Source: Octopus vulgaris (lineage: Eukaryota). Taken from it: a stretch of DNA of 64,000 nucleotides. Made by a program: the position numbers and the translations under genes. The stretch lies in contig OX597816.1 in the NCBI GenBank assembly GCA_951406725.2, positions 127,534,001 through 127,598,000 of the forward strand, written 5' to 3'. The notes beneath the pieces were generated by a model, which ran no database searches, was not told where the DNA came from, and saw only the letters and a program-made list of their open reading frames with translations. Positions within the stretch are counted from its first letter, which is position 1. Every line of letters begins with the position of its first letter. Below, piece after piece: positions 39,029-52,371 of the stretch.

Positions 39029-40074
39029 TATTTCCAGCTCATGTAGGTCTTGGGTTAATTCAGCAAAAGAATTTCTTTTTTCTTTCTCATATGATGGATG
39101 TTATAAAGGCTAACATAACTATTTAGGGAAAACCTATATATTTTCCAGTGTTCTTAGTTATATCAAGAGAAACTATTAAGTTCATTTGTTAGCTTTCATT
39201 CATTAACAACTGTAAAACCCAATATCCTGCCTCTGAAGTAATTTAATAATGAAGCATTTATTTTCAACTGTATAAATCCAATTCATTTTCATCTCTCAAT
39301 ATTATTCTCTCTTCTTTTTGTCCACCAGAAAAGTAACATTCTAACTAATCCGAGTTTTCACAATGTAAAACATTTTGAAAATACTTAATGCTTTGAATAG
39401 AAGACTAGTTAGGTGGTTTAGCCAATGGTATAATCTAAATAGATTAATCAAATAATTAATTACTTGATACTTCTAACTGCTTAAAGTAATGCCTTGTCTA
39501 TGTTTGGAATTTTTAATCAATGGAATATTTTCATATCCACTTCATTTCTTAAATCTTTCTGATTTTAAAGTAAAGCTACAATCAAGCATTTGTGTATAAA
39601 ACAATCTACTAAAACACAGGTATACACAAAATTCTTTGGCATTTCTCCTGTTTGTCTCTGTGAACATGACTTAAATAATTCTTCAAATTTAGGCATTTAC
39701 ATTATTTGTTGAAATAAATATTCATATGACTATATTGTCTTGATTGTTACTTATTTGTGTAGAACTTTTAACTCTCTGATATCTGAATACATGCAATGTA
39801 GAGGATAAATGCCAGTTTAAAAATTCCTTTTCATTAATTTCTATATTCTTGGTGTAAAATAACAAGCTTAACAGATCTTAGGCTAACAGTAATCTCCCAG
39901 CTTAAACTGAATTATCTAGGTACTTCAAGTTTGATTTATTTCTATGCTCTCCTTAGGAATATATATCTTTATGGGAAAACTACTGTAACAGTCATGTATA
40001 CTTAGTTAAGCAATTTATCATATTTATACTTAGTTCACTGGAATTGCAAATAATTTGGAATAATTATACCCATG

Positions 40075-40107
40075 AATGTTTTTCTCATTATGAATGAGAA
40101 AAACATT
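40075..40107. repeat. Perfect 15-bp inverted repeat with 3-nt loop
   Basis: AATGTTTTTCTCATT-atg-AATGAGAAAAACATT. Confidence 0.85.
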
Positions 40108-41423
40108 TTTATCCCCCCCAAAAAAACACAAGTTGAAAATGAAAAAATAAGTGATGAAATTTACTAAGGCTTGTCATACTGATATGCTAACCAACTTATC
40201 TTTTTACAGCAGAAGTTTGAAATGCAATAATAAAAGATAGATATAACATCACTAAATATATTCATTGTGCTGCATATTTTCCATAATAAATTTCAAAATA
40301 ATAAATAAAACATGTAGTTTTCAATAAAAGTATAAGTTGAAATTTTTGGCAAATTTACAGTAGAGAAAATATTAAGTACTCTCAAAGGTACCTCAGAGCT
40401 AAGTATTTACTTTCAAATGACGTAGTTTGGCATTATGTTTCATGCTATTAAAGTGCTCAAACATAGTCATCAAATGTGAAGAGAAAAGACCTGATATAAT
40501 TCAATTTCACTTGCAATGCTAATATCTGGCAGAACATTCAATGAGTCTTCTATACTAAATATTGTACCATGTTTTAATTGTTCATAGAATCTGATACTGC
40601 AATATGGTGGAAGATCTTGACTTCAAAAACAGGAAAAAAAACACTTCTATTTTAGGTATTCACAATAAATACACCTACATAATTATTTTTTTTTCCTGTA
40701 TGCAGAAGCTTGAGTTGACCTGAAGTGAATACTGTGGGCTTGAATTTTACACAAGTGTTGGTGTCACACAGCTGATGAAGCTGACCTATGATACCAGCTG
40801 TAACCATTCCATTTTTTCCTCAGACATATTGCATTTAGGACAACATTATCAATTGCCATTCCCTTTTTTACATTACTAGAATGCTGTTTGAAGGCAATTT
40901 AACTGCTGGTTCTTGTAGCTCAAACAAAAACATTGAGATTCCTTTATTGGTTTGAGAGATGCCAGTGTTTCTGCAAGTTGTAGATGTTGATGCATGAAAA
41001 GACATCAGATTGGTAGCACTTCAGCCAAACTTCATACAAAATAGTGTAAGCACTAACAAATGCACCCACAAAATCAGCACAAACATTGAGAGCTGATGGA
41101 AGGACTAGGTTACATAAAGAGCTGAAAACTCATCTAACAGTTCATTCTAGTATGGACAAACCAGTTTTATTTATGACATATAATGGAGATTAGCTGAAAA
41201 ACAAAGATGGAAAGGGTGTTTTTTTTATTAAGTTTTTACTTTGCTTCAAAAATTATATGAGAGACAATATTTTAGTAATGTCAACGTTTTAGTGAAATAA
41301 TGTCTGAAATATACTGCTCAGCTCTGAATTACTCATGAATCTTAGGTGAATGTTAAAGAAATAAGTTGAGAGAAAGAGAGATGGGGAAAATAGCATGTGT
41401 GTGAGAGAAAGAGAGAGAGAAAA

Positions 41424-41479
<56 letters not shown>

Positions 41480-41661
41480 AGAGTGAGAACATAAAGTTTA
41501 ATTGCAGCTCTGAAACTAGTATCATAAAAAGGTATAACAGCAGTCTACAAGTAAACATTATAATTATCTTTCAAGAGAATGGTGAGTGTGCTGAAGGACT
41601 GAGCTCATAGCTAGCAACCAGTTCTGTTTAATAAGTATGACATATAAAATACACCACTGGA

Positions 41662-41673
41662 CTCATCATCATT

Positions 41674-41711
<38 letters not shown>

Positions 41712-41820
41712 CGGATTGGATGGTTTGACAGGAGCTGGCCAGGCAGAAGACTGCACTAGACTTCTGTGTCTGTTATGGCATGGTTTTTATGGCTGAATGC
41801 CCTTCCTAACACCAACCACC
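41662..41820 (-). mobile_element. SINE family C 3' part
   Basis: (CAT)n plus GGATGGTTTGACAGGAGCTGGCCAGGCAG; matches 304-460. Confidence 0.7.
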
Positions 41821-42422
41821 CTTAAGTAAAACATTCATAGATTTTTATACATATATTTAAAAAAATTAAAATGAAGCAGATTTGAAACTAGTTTACTAAT
41901 TTTATGGGCGAATCATATAAAATATCTTGAACAAAATAAAAAATTAATTCTAAAATTTTGCATAGAGAAAGCTTGAAAATTACTCTGTTATTCAAATCAG
42001 TATAATGTAAAAATGGATACCAATAAACAGGTAAAATCACAGAAGGGAGCACAGGTTGGCTATGCTGGACTGAAGTATGTTGTTGATGTACCAGAGATAA
42101 CTTTTCTTGTTGTAGATCACAATATAAAATGTAAATCACATACCAAAGCAGCTTCATGACACATAGATTGCATACCAAAGTGGCACAGTAAAAAGAATTA
42201 TTCAGTAAAAGAAATTATTCTTTCTGAGAATAATTTTATTCATTTTACGCTGAATACACTAGAGAGGAGTGGTTTCTGGCAGTTGTAAAATTTAAGCTAT
42301 TGCTGAGAGGATCCCAATGAAATGCACATACTAGACATTTTTATGCATCAGACCAATAACAAGGCCTAAACAAGAGAGGATAAAGGAAATCTAGCCATAC
42401 ACAATAGACATAACAAACACAT

Positions 42423-42475
<53 letters not shown>

Positions 42476-42481
42476 ATAGAA

Positions 42482-42637
42482 ATCTTTCAGTTTTTGCCTA
42501 CCAAAACCATCCATAAGGCTTTGGGCAAACTAGGGCTATAGTTGAAGGCATTTTCTCAAGGTATCATACAGTGGGACTGAACCCAAAATCATGGTATTGG
42601 AAAGTGAGTTTCTTAACCATATGGCCTTGCTTATATA

Positions 42638-42695
<58 letters not shown>

Positions 42696-42860
42696 GGCAC
42701 AGGCATGACTGTGTAGTAAGAAGCTTATTTCTCAATCACATCGTTCTGGGGTCAGACACACTGTGTGATACCTTAGGCAAGCGTCTTCTGCTGTAGCCTC
42801 AGGCTGACCAAAGCCTTCTTAGTGGGTTTGGTGGGGGGAAACTGAAAGAAGCCTGTTGTG
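42482..42860. mobile_element. Head-to-head pair of family A SINE 5' halves separated by (TA)n
   Basis: Minus copy about 42482-42630, plus copy about 42695-42860. Confidence 0.7.
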
Positions 42861-43231
42861 TATATATATATATATATATATATAAATGTGTGCCTAAGCA
42901 TGGCCACAGTCATGAGACTATAAAACAATTAAAGATAAAAGATATTTATATATAAATATATTCTTTTATTCTTTTACTTGTTTCAGTTAACAGGTAAAAC
43001 ATAACAAAGTAAAAGTTTTTTATTTTTCATTCCCTTCGAAATTGCTCTTAAATGTGATTTTGCTCATTTTGATTGCTTCTTCTAGCATATAAAGTTGCCT
43101 GTTAAAGGCTACTTCTCTTGTGTTTAAATGTACACTATTTTGTATTGAGAATATGCTGTCTATTGACTTTTTATACATGCTAGGCCACTGGTAGTGAAAT
43201 TTCTAAAAAAAACACGCTATCCTATATATTT

Positions 43232-43265
<34 letters not shown>

Positions 43266-43864
43266 TGCATACACTCGCACGCACACACACACACACACAC
43301 ATTCATATATACAAACATACATACATACATAATATATGTTTAATTATAAAAGTGCTCCCCACATATTTTAGTTTAAAAGAAATAAAAGATGGCTGGTTTG
43401 ATTATTTCCAATGATTTCAACTTCAGTATTAACCATGGTAGAGTTAAATGTGATATTTAAGAAAAACTAAGGTTTAATTAATACTTTTCTTTGGCTGAGC
43501 AAGCAAGGGTAATAACTCATTAGAATTCATCAGCAAGGGTATAACCTGTGACACAGGGGTAGTAATTAATTGGTTATTTAAAATTTTCTAATGAAAATAT
43601 TAAAAGAAACAGGAAAGAGAAAAAATGGACTGGTGCTGGAAAATAAGATTAATTGGTAATTATAATTATGAAGGAGTACTTCCAAGACATTTAAAAACAT
43701 GAAATTGTGGGTTTGATCATTTTCACTGTTTTTAACATTAGAAATAACCACAGCAGAATTAAATGCAATAATCAGAAAAAAATTAGGTTAGCTATGTTGT
43801 ACATACATAAATACATCACACACACACACACATGCATTCATACATACATATAATAATAATAATG

Positions 43865-44066
43865 ATATATTACAGAGATGTACTAGCATAGTAAGTGACC
43901 TGATCTGTGATCATGTGCTGGAACGAAAACAGTTGCAGTGTGGAAGGTGTTTATACGCCATTTAAGAAACACACAAAATCCGTTAGATTCACTTCAACAT
44001 TTAAATTTAATTTATCAAAATATTTTTGTCGCTTTGAAACTGTGACCTGTTCACTGACAAAATTCC
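43865..44066 (-). mobile_element. PLE-like LTR fragment with a decayed G3:C8 hammerhead (44011-44061)
   Basis: Homologous to 59021-59240; minus strand UUUGUCA-GUGAACA-G-GUCAC..GCGAC-AAA-AAUAUU-U-UGAUAAA. Confidence 0.65.
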
Positions 44067-44154
44067 ATTCATATATATGCATATATGGATACAGGACATC
44101 ACCAACAGTGTAAACATGAAATACATAAACAACGAGAGAAAAAAAAATGAAAAA

Positions 44155-44315
44155 CAGGACATCTTTCTCAATCATGCTCCACATATAGTAATTCATGAGA
44201 TTGCAATCAGGAGAATTAGGAGGCCAGGAATTGGGGCTGGTGAAGACATAGAAATCCAGCAACCACTTCTGACTCTTTCTAGAGGTATGGCAAGGAACCA
44301 AATCCTGCCAGTATA
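44155..44315 (-). pseudogene. Tc1/mariner transposase fragment
   Basis: WQDLVPCHTSRKSQKWL...WPPNSPDCNLMNYYMWSMIEKD (WPPNSPDLNP motif). Confidence 0.75.
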
Positions 44316-44880
44316 GCATGTCATATATTTCCAAGCAGCCATGTTGACTCAAAATGCAACCTGGATGCTCTTTGAGAAAAAGTGAGAAAGAATGAGAAAT
44401 AAGGAGATAAATGAATTAAGAGTTGTATCCCTTCTGCCAATTAGAATTGGAATTAACATGGTTGGTGTAAGTAATTCAATGGGTAAAGTTTGAGACTGCA
44501 TGCTTAATTTGGGGAGGACCGCATGCTTAATTTGATGTTTTCTAGTTCAATAATAGGTGCTTACATTTAAAGAAAATTTCAGATCTAGAATTCAGTAGGT
44601 AAACATCATCCTCACCAGATTGGGCATGCAATCGCACAGTCATTAACTTTTCCCTGTTAAATTAATTACATCAACCATTTAACTTCCAATTCTAACAGGT
44701 CAAAAGACTGCAAGTTTTAATTCCTTTACCCCCTACTTCTTTTTTTCTTTTCTCTCATTCTACTTTTTTGCTTTTTACCTTTTTCCTCTCATCCTTTCTT
44801 ATTCTCCTTCTCACTTTTACTCAAAGAACAGTCATGTTGTTCTCTGAGTCTGAATGATTGCTTGGAAATACATAGCATGT
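44316..44880. mobile_element. Foldback element with long imperfect inverted arms
   Basis: CATGTCATATATTTCCAAGCAGCCAT... versus ...ATGATTGCTTGGAAATACATAGCATG; inner TTAGAATTGGAATTAACATGGTTGGTGTAA versus TTACATCAACCATTTAACTTCCAATTCTAA. Confidence 0.7.
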
Positions 44881-45199
44881 AATAGAAGCTCATCCAACCA
44901 TCATATTTTCAGAGGTACGAAACTAATTGCCACTCAAATTTAAATCCTGTGTGTATTAAGTGATATTTATGTCTCTCAAAATGAAATACTTTTTTATTGA
45001 TTCCACCAGTGATGGAACAGTACATTACACACACACACACACATACACTCACACACACACACTCACACACACACTCACTCACACACACACACACACACAC
45101 ATATGCCTTATAATGGGAAATTAAAGAAATGTTCACATTGTCTGTCAAACAGTGTTAATATTAATGAAGTTGAAAGGTATTGTGGACTGAGTCAGCTTT

Positions 45200-46340
45200 C
45201 CAGTTTCAGATTCTGATAGGAGCAGTCATATTTCATTTATATTGCTAAAGCATTTTGGGAAGACTGGTATGTCTCAAATTCCAACTTCCTGTTTTTCTGA
45301 AAGTCCCCTACCCGCTTGGGAGGCAGATGTAAAATGACATTGAAGTACCAAAATGAATCAAGTTGATCATAAATTGATGTGACTTGTCCTGAAGTAATAA
45401 ATTTATTGAAAGCTTCAGTGTTCCAAACTGAAGCAATATGCAGCAAAATAAGGTAATTTAAGGCACATAAGTGAACTCACGGCAAAACTGGTATTGAAGT
45501 ATAAAAGGGATGTTAGACAAAGTTAATAGTAAAATGATGAAAATTCTATTCTTATTATTATTGCTGAAAATTTCATAGAGATTGATGATGTCAGATTTGT
45601 TATCTATTACTTTTCTATTACATTATTAACAATGATACAAGAAATATTGATTTTAATATTGTCACAAGTCTTCCAATCTATTCAGAATGGAAACTGGAGA
45701 AAGTCCTAATGTTCATGCCTTTCCTATAGTATTATGATATATTATTTTAATCATTAACTATGTTGCATTGCAAAAGATTGGGCCTTCAAAATCTTGGCAT
45801 TAAAAACCTGTCAATGCCTTTCAAGCCTTCCTTTTACTTAAGGGCTGCAAAGGAAAACTGTGTATGCTACACAAATATCAAGAACATATTACAAGAGATA
45901 TCTTACCCAGTCAACCTAATCATTTGTGATGTATGGGAACTGAAAAGATTCAAACACTATGTTGTCTGAAAACATTGTAATGAAATTAATTGCTGAAAAG
46001 ATATTGAAATTATGAGACACCTCTGCACTCGAATGAATATACAGCTATGAATGGTTAATGAGTGATGGATGAAAAGGTGGTGTTGTATGCTGTAAGTTGA
46101 ATGTATCTATAGCTGAGGAAAGATCAAAGAAGACACATGATGAATTTCTGAGGTCAGATCTGTGGATTCTGGACCTTGTCTAAGAAATAAAATGGCAAGA
46201 GATTGTGATATGGTAATATTCTGTTTAAGCTAACATATAAAAATAAATGTGAAAATGATGATGATGATGATGATGATGACAATGACGATAACGATGACGA
46301 TGATGATGATGATGAAAACAATGTCGATGATGATGACTGG
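45200..46340 (+). pseudogene. Possible decayed AcademX-like DNA transposon C-terminal region (XPG-like nuclease, Cys cluster, acidic tail)
   Basis: Ordered remnants IEIDDVRFVI, QKIGPSKSW...NAFQAF...KGK, a CCK Cys cluster, then a (GAT/GAC)n D-rich run. Confidence 0.3.
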
Positions 46341-47190
46341 AAGGCCCAACCAAGTATGCTCTTATGTAGAAGATATTATCCCTTTACAATAGTCATTTGC
46401 CACAGGTGGCCACCCACATAAAACCTTAATGTCTCATGTCAGACATGCATTTCTTCTACGGAAAGTATTTTGCAAAAATGCAACAATAGACACGATGATC
46501 TTATCTCCCTCGGCAGTACCAGACCACAGTCACAACCTACATTAAAGAAACAATTTTGCAGCACTCCTCCTTCTGTATTAATAGATATTAGTTAGGTAAA
46601 AAAACCTCATACTTTCTACAAATGCTTGGACTTACAATCTCTAATTATCTTACCTTTAATAAAATGCAGTTTATGTCCTGTTGGTCATGCTGATAGAAGG
46701 AAACTCAAACAACAAATGGAGTAGGAGTGAATGACAATCAGAGATGCTAAATGTAGGTGAACAGTAGTAAAAGGTTTCACTCTGAAGTCATTGGTATTTT
46801 AATCAACATAAAACTGTAAAATTTTAACATAAATTGTATCTAGTTTAATAGTTTTACACACATATATAAATATATATATATATGAAATTACATATTAAAC
46901 TCTTTTGTTTCCAAAATAGTGTTATTCACATAACATTATATATATCAACATATATATATACTTTTATTGTTTTCTTTTTAATTTTGTCTAAAGAGAGAGA
47001 GAGAGAGAGAGAGACATATATGCATATATATATATGTATGTGTGAATATATATGTGTGTGTGTGAATATATATGTGTGTGTGTGTGCATGCGTGTGTATA
47101 TGTGTGTGTATGAATATATATATGTGTGTGTGTATATATATATATATTTATGTGTGTGTGTGTGTGTGTGTGTGTACATACATATATATA

Positions 47191-47468
47191 CAGGGTACTG
47201 TAAATAAGTTGTCTAAATTACACAAAAATGAAAATAACACTGACATCTCATTTCAACAGATATATTTACCAAAATTACATAAAAATATCTTGAAATGCTA
47301 AAGATTAAATTTATTCTATAAAATTGCATTTGGCTTCAACCACAGCCTCTAGACGACTTTGGATTTCCTGCAACTCTTCTGGATGGGCTCCTTGTTTAAG
47401 TTGGTGAATGCTGCCATAATCTTTGCCTTCAGTTCATCTTTGGTGTTACAATGAGTTTTGTTGGTCCC
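47191..47468 (-). mobile_element. Tc1-like transposon terminal fragment
   Basis: TA|CAGGGT terminus; internal GAAGCCAAATGC/TTCACCAACTTAAACAAGGAG typical of a transposase C-terminus. Confidence 0.5.
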
Positions 47469-47470
47469 AC

Positions 47471-47512
<42 letters not shown>

Positions 47513-47551
47513 TTGAATTTATATATATGTGTATATATATATATATTTATA

Positions 47552-47598
<47 letters not shown>

Positions 47599-47649
47599 AC
47601 AGAAAAGGAGGAATATCAATTATCCCCCATGTGGTTAGTTGTAATATAT

Positions 47650-47782
47650 ATAAGAAATTAAAGAAGGAAAATGCACATGCTTTACATAGTTTTAATATAT
47701 ATTTTAAACACTATATGAAATATATTAAAAGATATATTAAAACTATGTAAAGCGTGTGCATTTTCCTTCTTTAATTTCTTAT
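47650..47782. repeat. Inverted repeat with ~58-bp arms within (TA)n
   Basis: ATAAGAAATTAAAGAAGGAAAATGCACATGCTTTACATAGTTTTAATATAT versus ATATATTAAAACTATGTAAAGCGTGTGCATTTTCCTTCTTTAATTTCTTAT. Confidence 0.9.
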
Positions 47783-48079
47783 TTATATATATATATAATA
47801 TTAGGGAGTATAGCTCCAAACTTACAGGGAAAAATTAGATTTAGTATTAAATCAAATTTCACAGTATAAATATATAAAATATGAATTAGAGATAAAACCA
47901 CTATTAGGCAACTCAAACAGTGATAGACATAAACCAATACATAAATAACAAATATTATAAATATAATTAATATAATATATAATATATATATATATATATA
48001 TATAATTTTTATATATAATTTTTTTTTTTTCCCAAAAGTATAAAAGGAATGATAAATATAATATAATTATCTCTAATTC

Positions 48080-48129
<50 letters not shown>

Positions 48130-48256
48130 AGTGTGTGTATATGTACATATATATCTCTTTGGGAAAGACTTGTCAGAATAGCCTTATGTGCTGACTTAGC
48201 CTTTTGAGCAAAATTTACCAGATAGAACACACACACATACACACGCACAACACACG

Positions 48257-48288
<32 letters not shown>

Positions 48289-48807
48289 CACATACACACC
48301 AACACACTCACACCCAGAGATAGGCATGGATAGGTACCTTGGGCAAATGCCTTCTACTATACCCTAGGGCTGATCAATGCCTTGTGCATAGATTGGTAAA
48401 CAGAAATTGAAAGAACACCATGTGTATGAATATATGTATTTATGTATGCATGCTATTATACATATGTATACATGTTTTTATAACTATGTGCGTGTGTGTT
48501 TATATGCATATATGTATGCATATGTGTGTTTATATGTGCATATGCATATATGTATGTATATGTATACATGTGTGTGAGTCTTTGTTTTACTGTGTGCTTC
48601 CTTCACATTGGGCAGTGGTAATGAGCAAGTGTCATTTTCTGCAAGAAGTGTTCTTCATTTCCAATCTGGCATTTAAACATGTACAAGAATGGTGAAATAT
48701 TACTTGAATATAGACGAGTATTGGAGACAGCAAGGGCATCCACCCATACAAACTCTGCCTGGCCAATAAAGGCATGCAAAGGTTTCATATGTATATATAT
48801 CTATCTA

Positions 48808-48848
<41 letters not shown>

Positions 48849-48952
48849 TGTCCATATAATGTATATGTTTTTGCATATATACATGTATGTATGTATGTAT
48901 GTATGTATGTATATGTATATATGTATGTATGTATATATGTATGTGTGAGTAT

Positions 48953-48986
<34 letters not shown>

Positions 48987-49059
48987 GCACACACACACAT
49001 TACGTGAATGATATTACAACTCTATCTGATTTTCAAGTGCATCAATTCTTCATATGTAC

Positions 49060-49115
<56 letters not shown>

Positions 49116-50212
49116 ATATATATTTGATCAATTGCTTACATTTAGCAAGGGCTTCTCTCATTGTTTTGATATGCTATTTTCCATCATTAATAAAACTGTC
49201 AGCATTTTTGACAACGGTATGCTAGTTTTGTATAAGTACCACATACACAACACAATAAAACAATTTATCCTCCAAACTGGGATATCTCTGCAGAGTTAAA
49301 AAAATATCTTATTCTTTTGGCCCAGTTGCAATATCTTCATCTTTTGAAAGAAGTCTCTAACCTACAAAATTTTTGTCACTTAAAATTTGCTTACATTTAA
49401 TGTATTCTAAAAACTGACAAATATTTTGGTGATAGTCTCTCTTTAAGACCTACTGTATGCTGGCCTTCAATGAAATACTTGGTTTTAGATGAAAATGCTC
49501 TCTATCTGACATGCCAACTTAAGCCAAAATATAAAAATGGTCAGTGCACTAGCCTCTGATCATGATGACATATCCAGGTATTCTGCAAATAATTATCAAT
49601 TGCTTGTGTGTCAAGAGGTATTACTATTGTATAATTCCTCTGATGCTTCTTTCACTATGTGAACAAACACATATGCTAGTGCAAATAGCATATGAAGACT
49701 TAAAACGAATTCTGCATACTTCCTACTTACACTTTAAATCAGGAATTTGAATAGCATGCAAGATGCAGTGAGAAAAACACACATACATGCACACACAAAA
49801 AATTGTGGTAGGAAAAATATGATTGCAAACTTTAATCATTGCATTTTCATAATCTGTTGGTACTGATAAAGATCTTTGAGTAGGATCAAACTTCTTGCTT
49901 GATATTTTCTAGAAATGTTTTATTTGTTTGTACAGATTTGTCAGACAACAAAGCTTAAACTAAATGAATTGAGATATTTTCTTCTAACCCAGGCAGTATG
50001 TATAAATAATGAAATAACAAAGCCACTGATTTAAATGTTCTAGCTGCATACCATTGATTGTACTCCATCAAGAGATAAAGATTTTGTTTTATTGCAAAAA
50101 TTAGAATACAACATCTCTTAGCCATTTGACAGTCTTGTAAAATCTTGTTTAAAATTTATACCATTTCAAAGCAGTAAGCATGGGAATATGGGGCCTTCCT
50201 CTTTTTTAAAAC

Positions 50213-50570
50213 TTATTTTTTTTACATTCAGTCCATGCTTGGGAGTCCTGAAGACAAGGAGATATGGTACTGCAAAGATCAGAGGAAAGAATTTCAACCA
50301 TGTTTCGTGGTCTGCTACCACAACGGCTCCTTTATAGGATCCAGTTAGCTCAAGACATCATCAGGAGGAACCATGTCCGGTTTCAATCAGTGAAGCTAAT
50401 TCAGTGTCAGCTTGTCTCACCTAGTGATGTTATTTTCTGCCGGCATGTTATGACTTTCAAGCCATTTTTGGTCTTCCCACTTCAGCCATATATAGAAGCT
50501 GGCTTTTTCGACCGCCTCCTGTACTCTCCTTATTAGTTTACTCAGCTCCGAGCTAGAAAAAACAAATCTT
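50213..50570 (-). mobile_element. HERO-like (RLE) non-LTR retrotransposon 3' end
   Basis: Minus strand 50417-50566 reads ELSKLIRRVQEAVEKASFYIWLKWEDQKW, the typical AAEKASxWxWLKR C-terminus, followed by a 3'UTR and A-rich tail. Confidence 0.65.
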
Positions 50571-50910
50571 CTTTTGAATAGTGTTGTCATTTTTCTTTCA
50601 ATAAAGGATTAGAAAATAGCAGATGAATGAGCCTTTCAATAGTATAATAGATGAGTGAAAGGTGTTAGTGAATGAAATCTAGTCTGTAGATGTGCATAGA
50701 GGGAGTAGGAGAGGTGTGGCACAGTCATTGGCCTGACACAGAGAAGGAAATACATTAATCCCGGCTTTATTTCTTTTCCTCTCTCCATCTTTTAGCATCT
50801 CTCATCTACTACTTCTTGTCTATGTTTGCATTTTCATGTTATCTTACATTCCCTATTTGTCACTGCTAGTTACTCTGACATAGAGGTTTCTTTTTTGCCT
50901 ATCATCTGAA

Positions 50911-50942
50911 CCCCGAAGAAGGACTCTGTCCAAAACATCAGA
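50911..50942 (+). ncRNA. Decayed minimal hammerhead motif
   Basis: CCGAAGA-A-GGAC-ucu-GUCC-AAAACAUC; reverting two CpG transitions gives GAAACGUC, and U4 is also changed to C. Confidence 0.45.
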
Positions 50943-51269
50943 AACTCCACCACCCACAGCAATATTAATTTACTCTTTCTGTCACTTATTCCAAATATTA
51001 CAGGTTGTCCTGATGCTTCTTAAATATGTTGCAAGCATCACTGGAATGAACAATATTGTCTTTGGTGTTGATTCCCAGTTGACAATTGATTAAGGGATCA
51101 GACTCAGGCACCTTAGTTTGTACTCTATTTTCATTTTAACTCTGAATTTCATTTTCTCTGTCCATGCTACTTTACTTTTTTCCAATTATTATTTGTAATG
51201 CAATGCCATCTTTTCTCACAACCTTGTTTTCTTACTGGCAACAAGGACTCTCTCTCTCTATCCGACAAA

Positions 51270-51510
<241 letters not shown>

Positions 51511-51579
51511 TTTGTCCATCACTGTCTTCCTTTCCTGTTACCCTCTCATTGTTTTTTATCAACTATAACCCTCCCCTTG

Positions 51580-51634
<55 letters not shown>

Positions 51635-52371
51635 CTACCACCAATTATGTTCAGCTTCTGAGTTTCCCTCCCCTTCTTTTTCTGTCCCCCTCTCTCTGTC
51701 TCCATTGTTTCAATATTACTTATTTCCTTTCACTCATCTATAACTATTCCCTGTATCTCTCCTTTTCTGCAAGACACTTCTGCTTTCCTCTTCCTCCAAC
51801 ACCCTTTCCTCTTTGATAAGCTCTTCTTTTGCTTCACCATGGCAACTACAATGTCTTTTTTGTCTGTCTTGGTTTGTTTTTTAAGGCTGCAAGGCTATCC
51901 ACTTTCTTCCATGCATGATTTGCACAAATGTCCCATATTTATCGTCTGGGTCGAAAGACCATTTATATTATCTCCGTTTCTTTTTCTTTTTTTTTTTGTA
52001 TTTTTGTATTTTTTCCATTTTGAATTTATTGTTACATTGTAAGACTATATATTTATATTACTCTGTTTGTTTTATTTTGTGCCTTTCCCATTCTTTGCAC
52101 AATTCGTCTAAAAACTATTGTTTCAGTCAAAAGACTTCTTACATTCCCATTGTTTATATTTGCATTGTTTTGAATTTTTGCTGTTACCAAGCTTGTATGC
52201 CTGTCTTTTTTTCTTTCCTTGTCTTTTTTTCAATTTTCATTCACACGCATCTATACCATTGCAGCTTAGATATGTAGTGAGAGCTGCTAAATGAACAATA
52301 TTGGCTTAGGCACCAGAATTGTGACGATTTTCATTTGACAACTGATGAAGTGATCAAATTTGAGCTCATAT

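Noticed and set aside
46882-49299. Many ORFs rich in YI/CV/HT (also at 8521-8935, 51164-51816, 54692-55129, 60221-60639)
   Set aside because: Translations of (TA)n, (CA)n and (ATCT)n microsatellites
50290-50390. Hammerhead in the HERO 3'UTR (CUGAUGA and GAAAC on the minus strand)
   Set aside because: I could not build stems I and II in a valid topology
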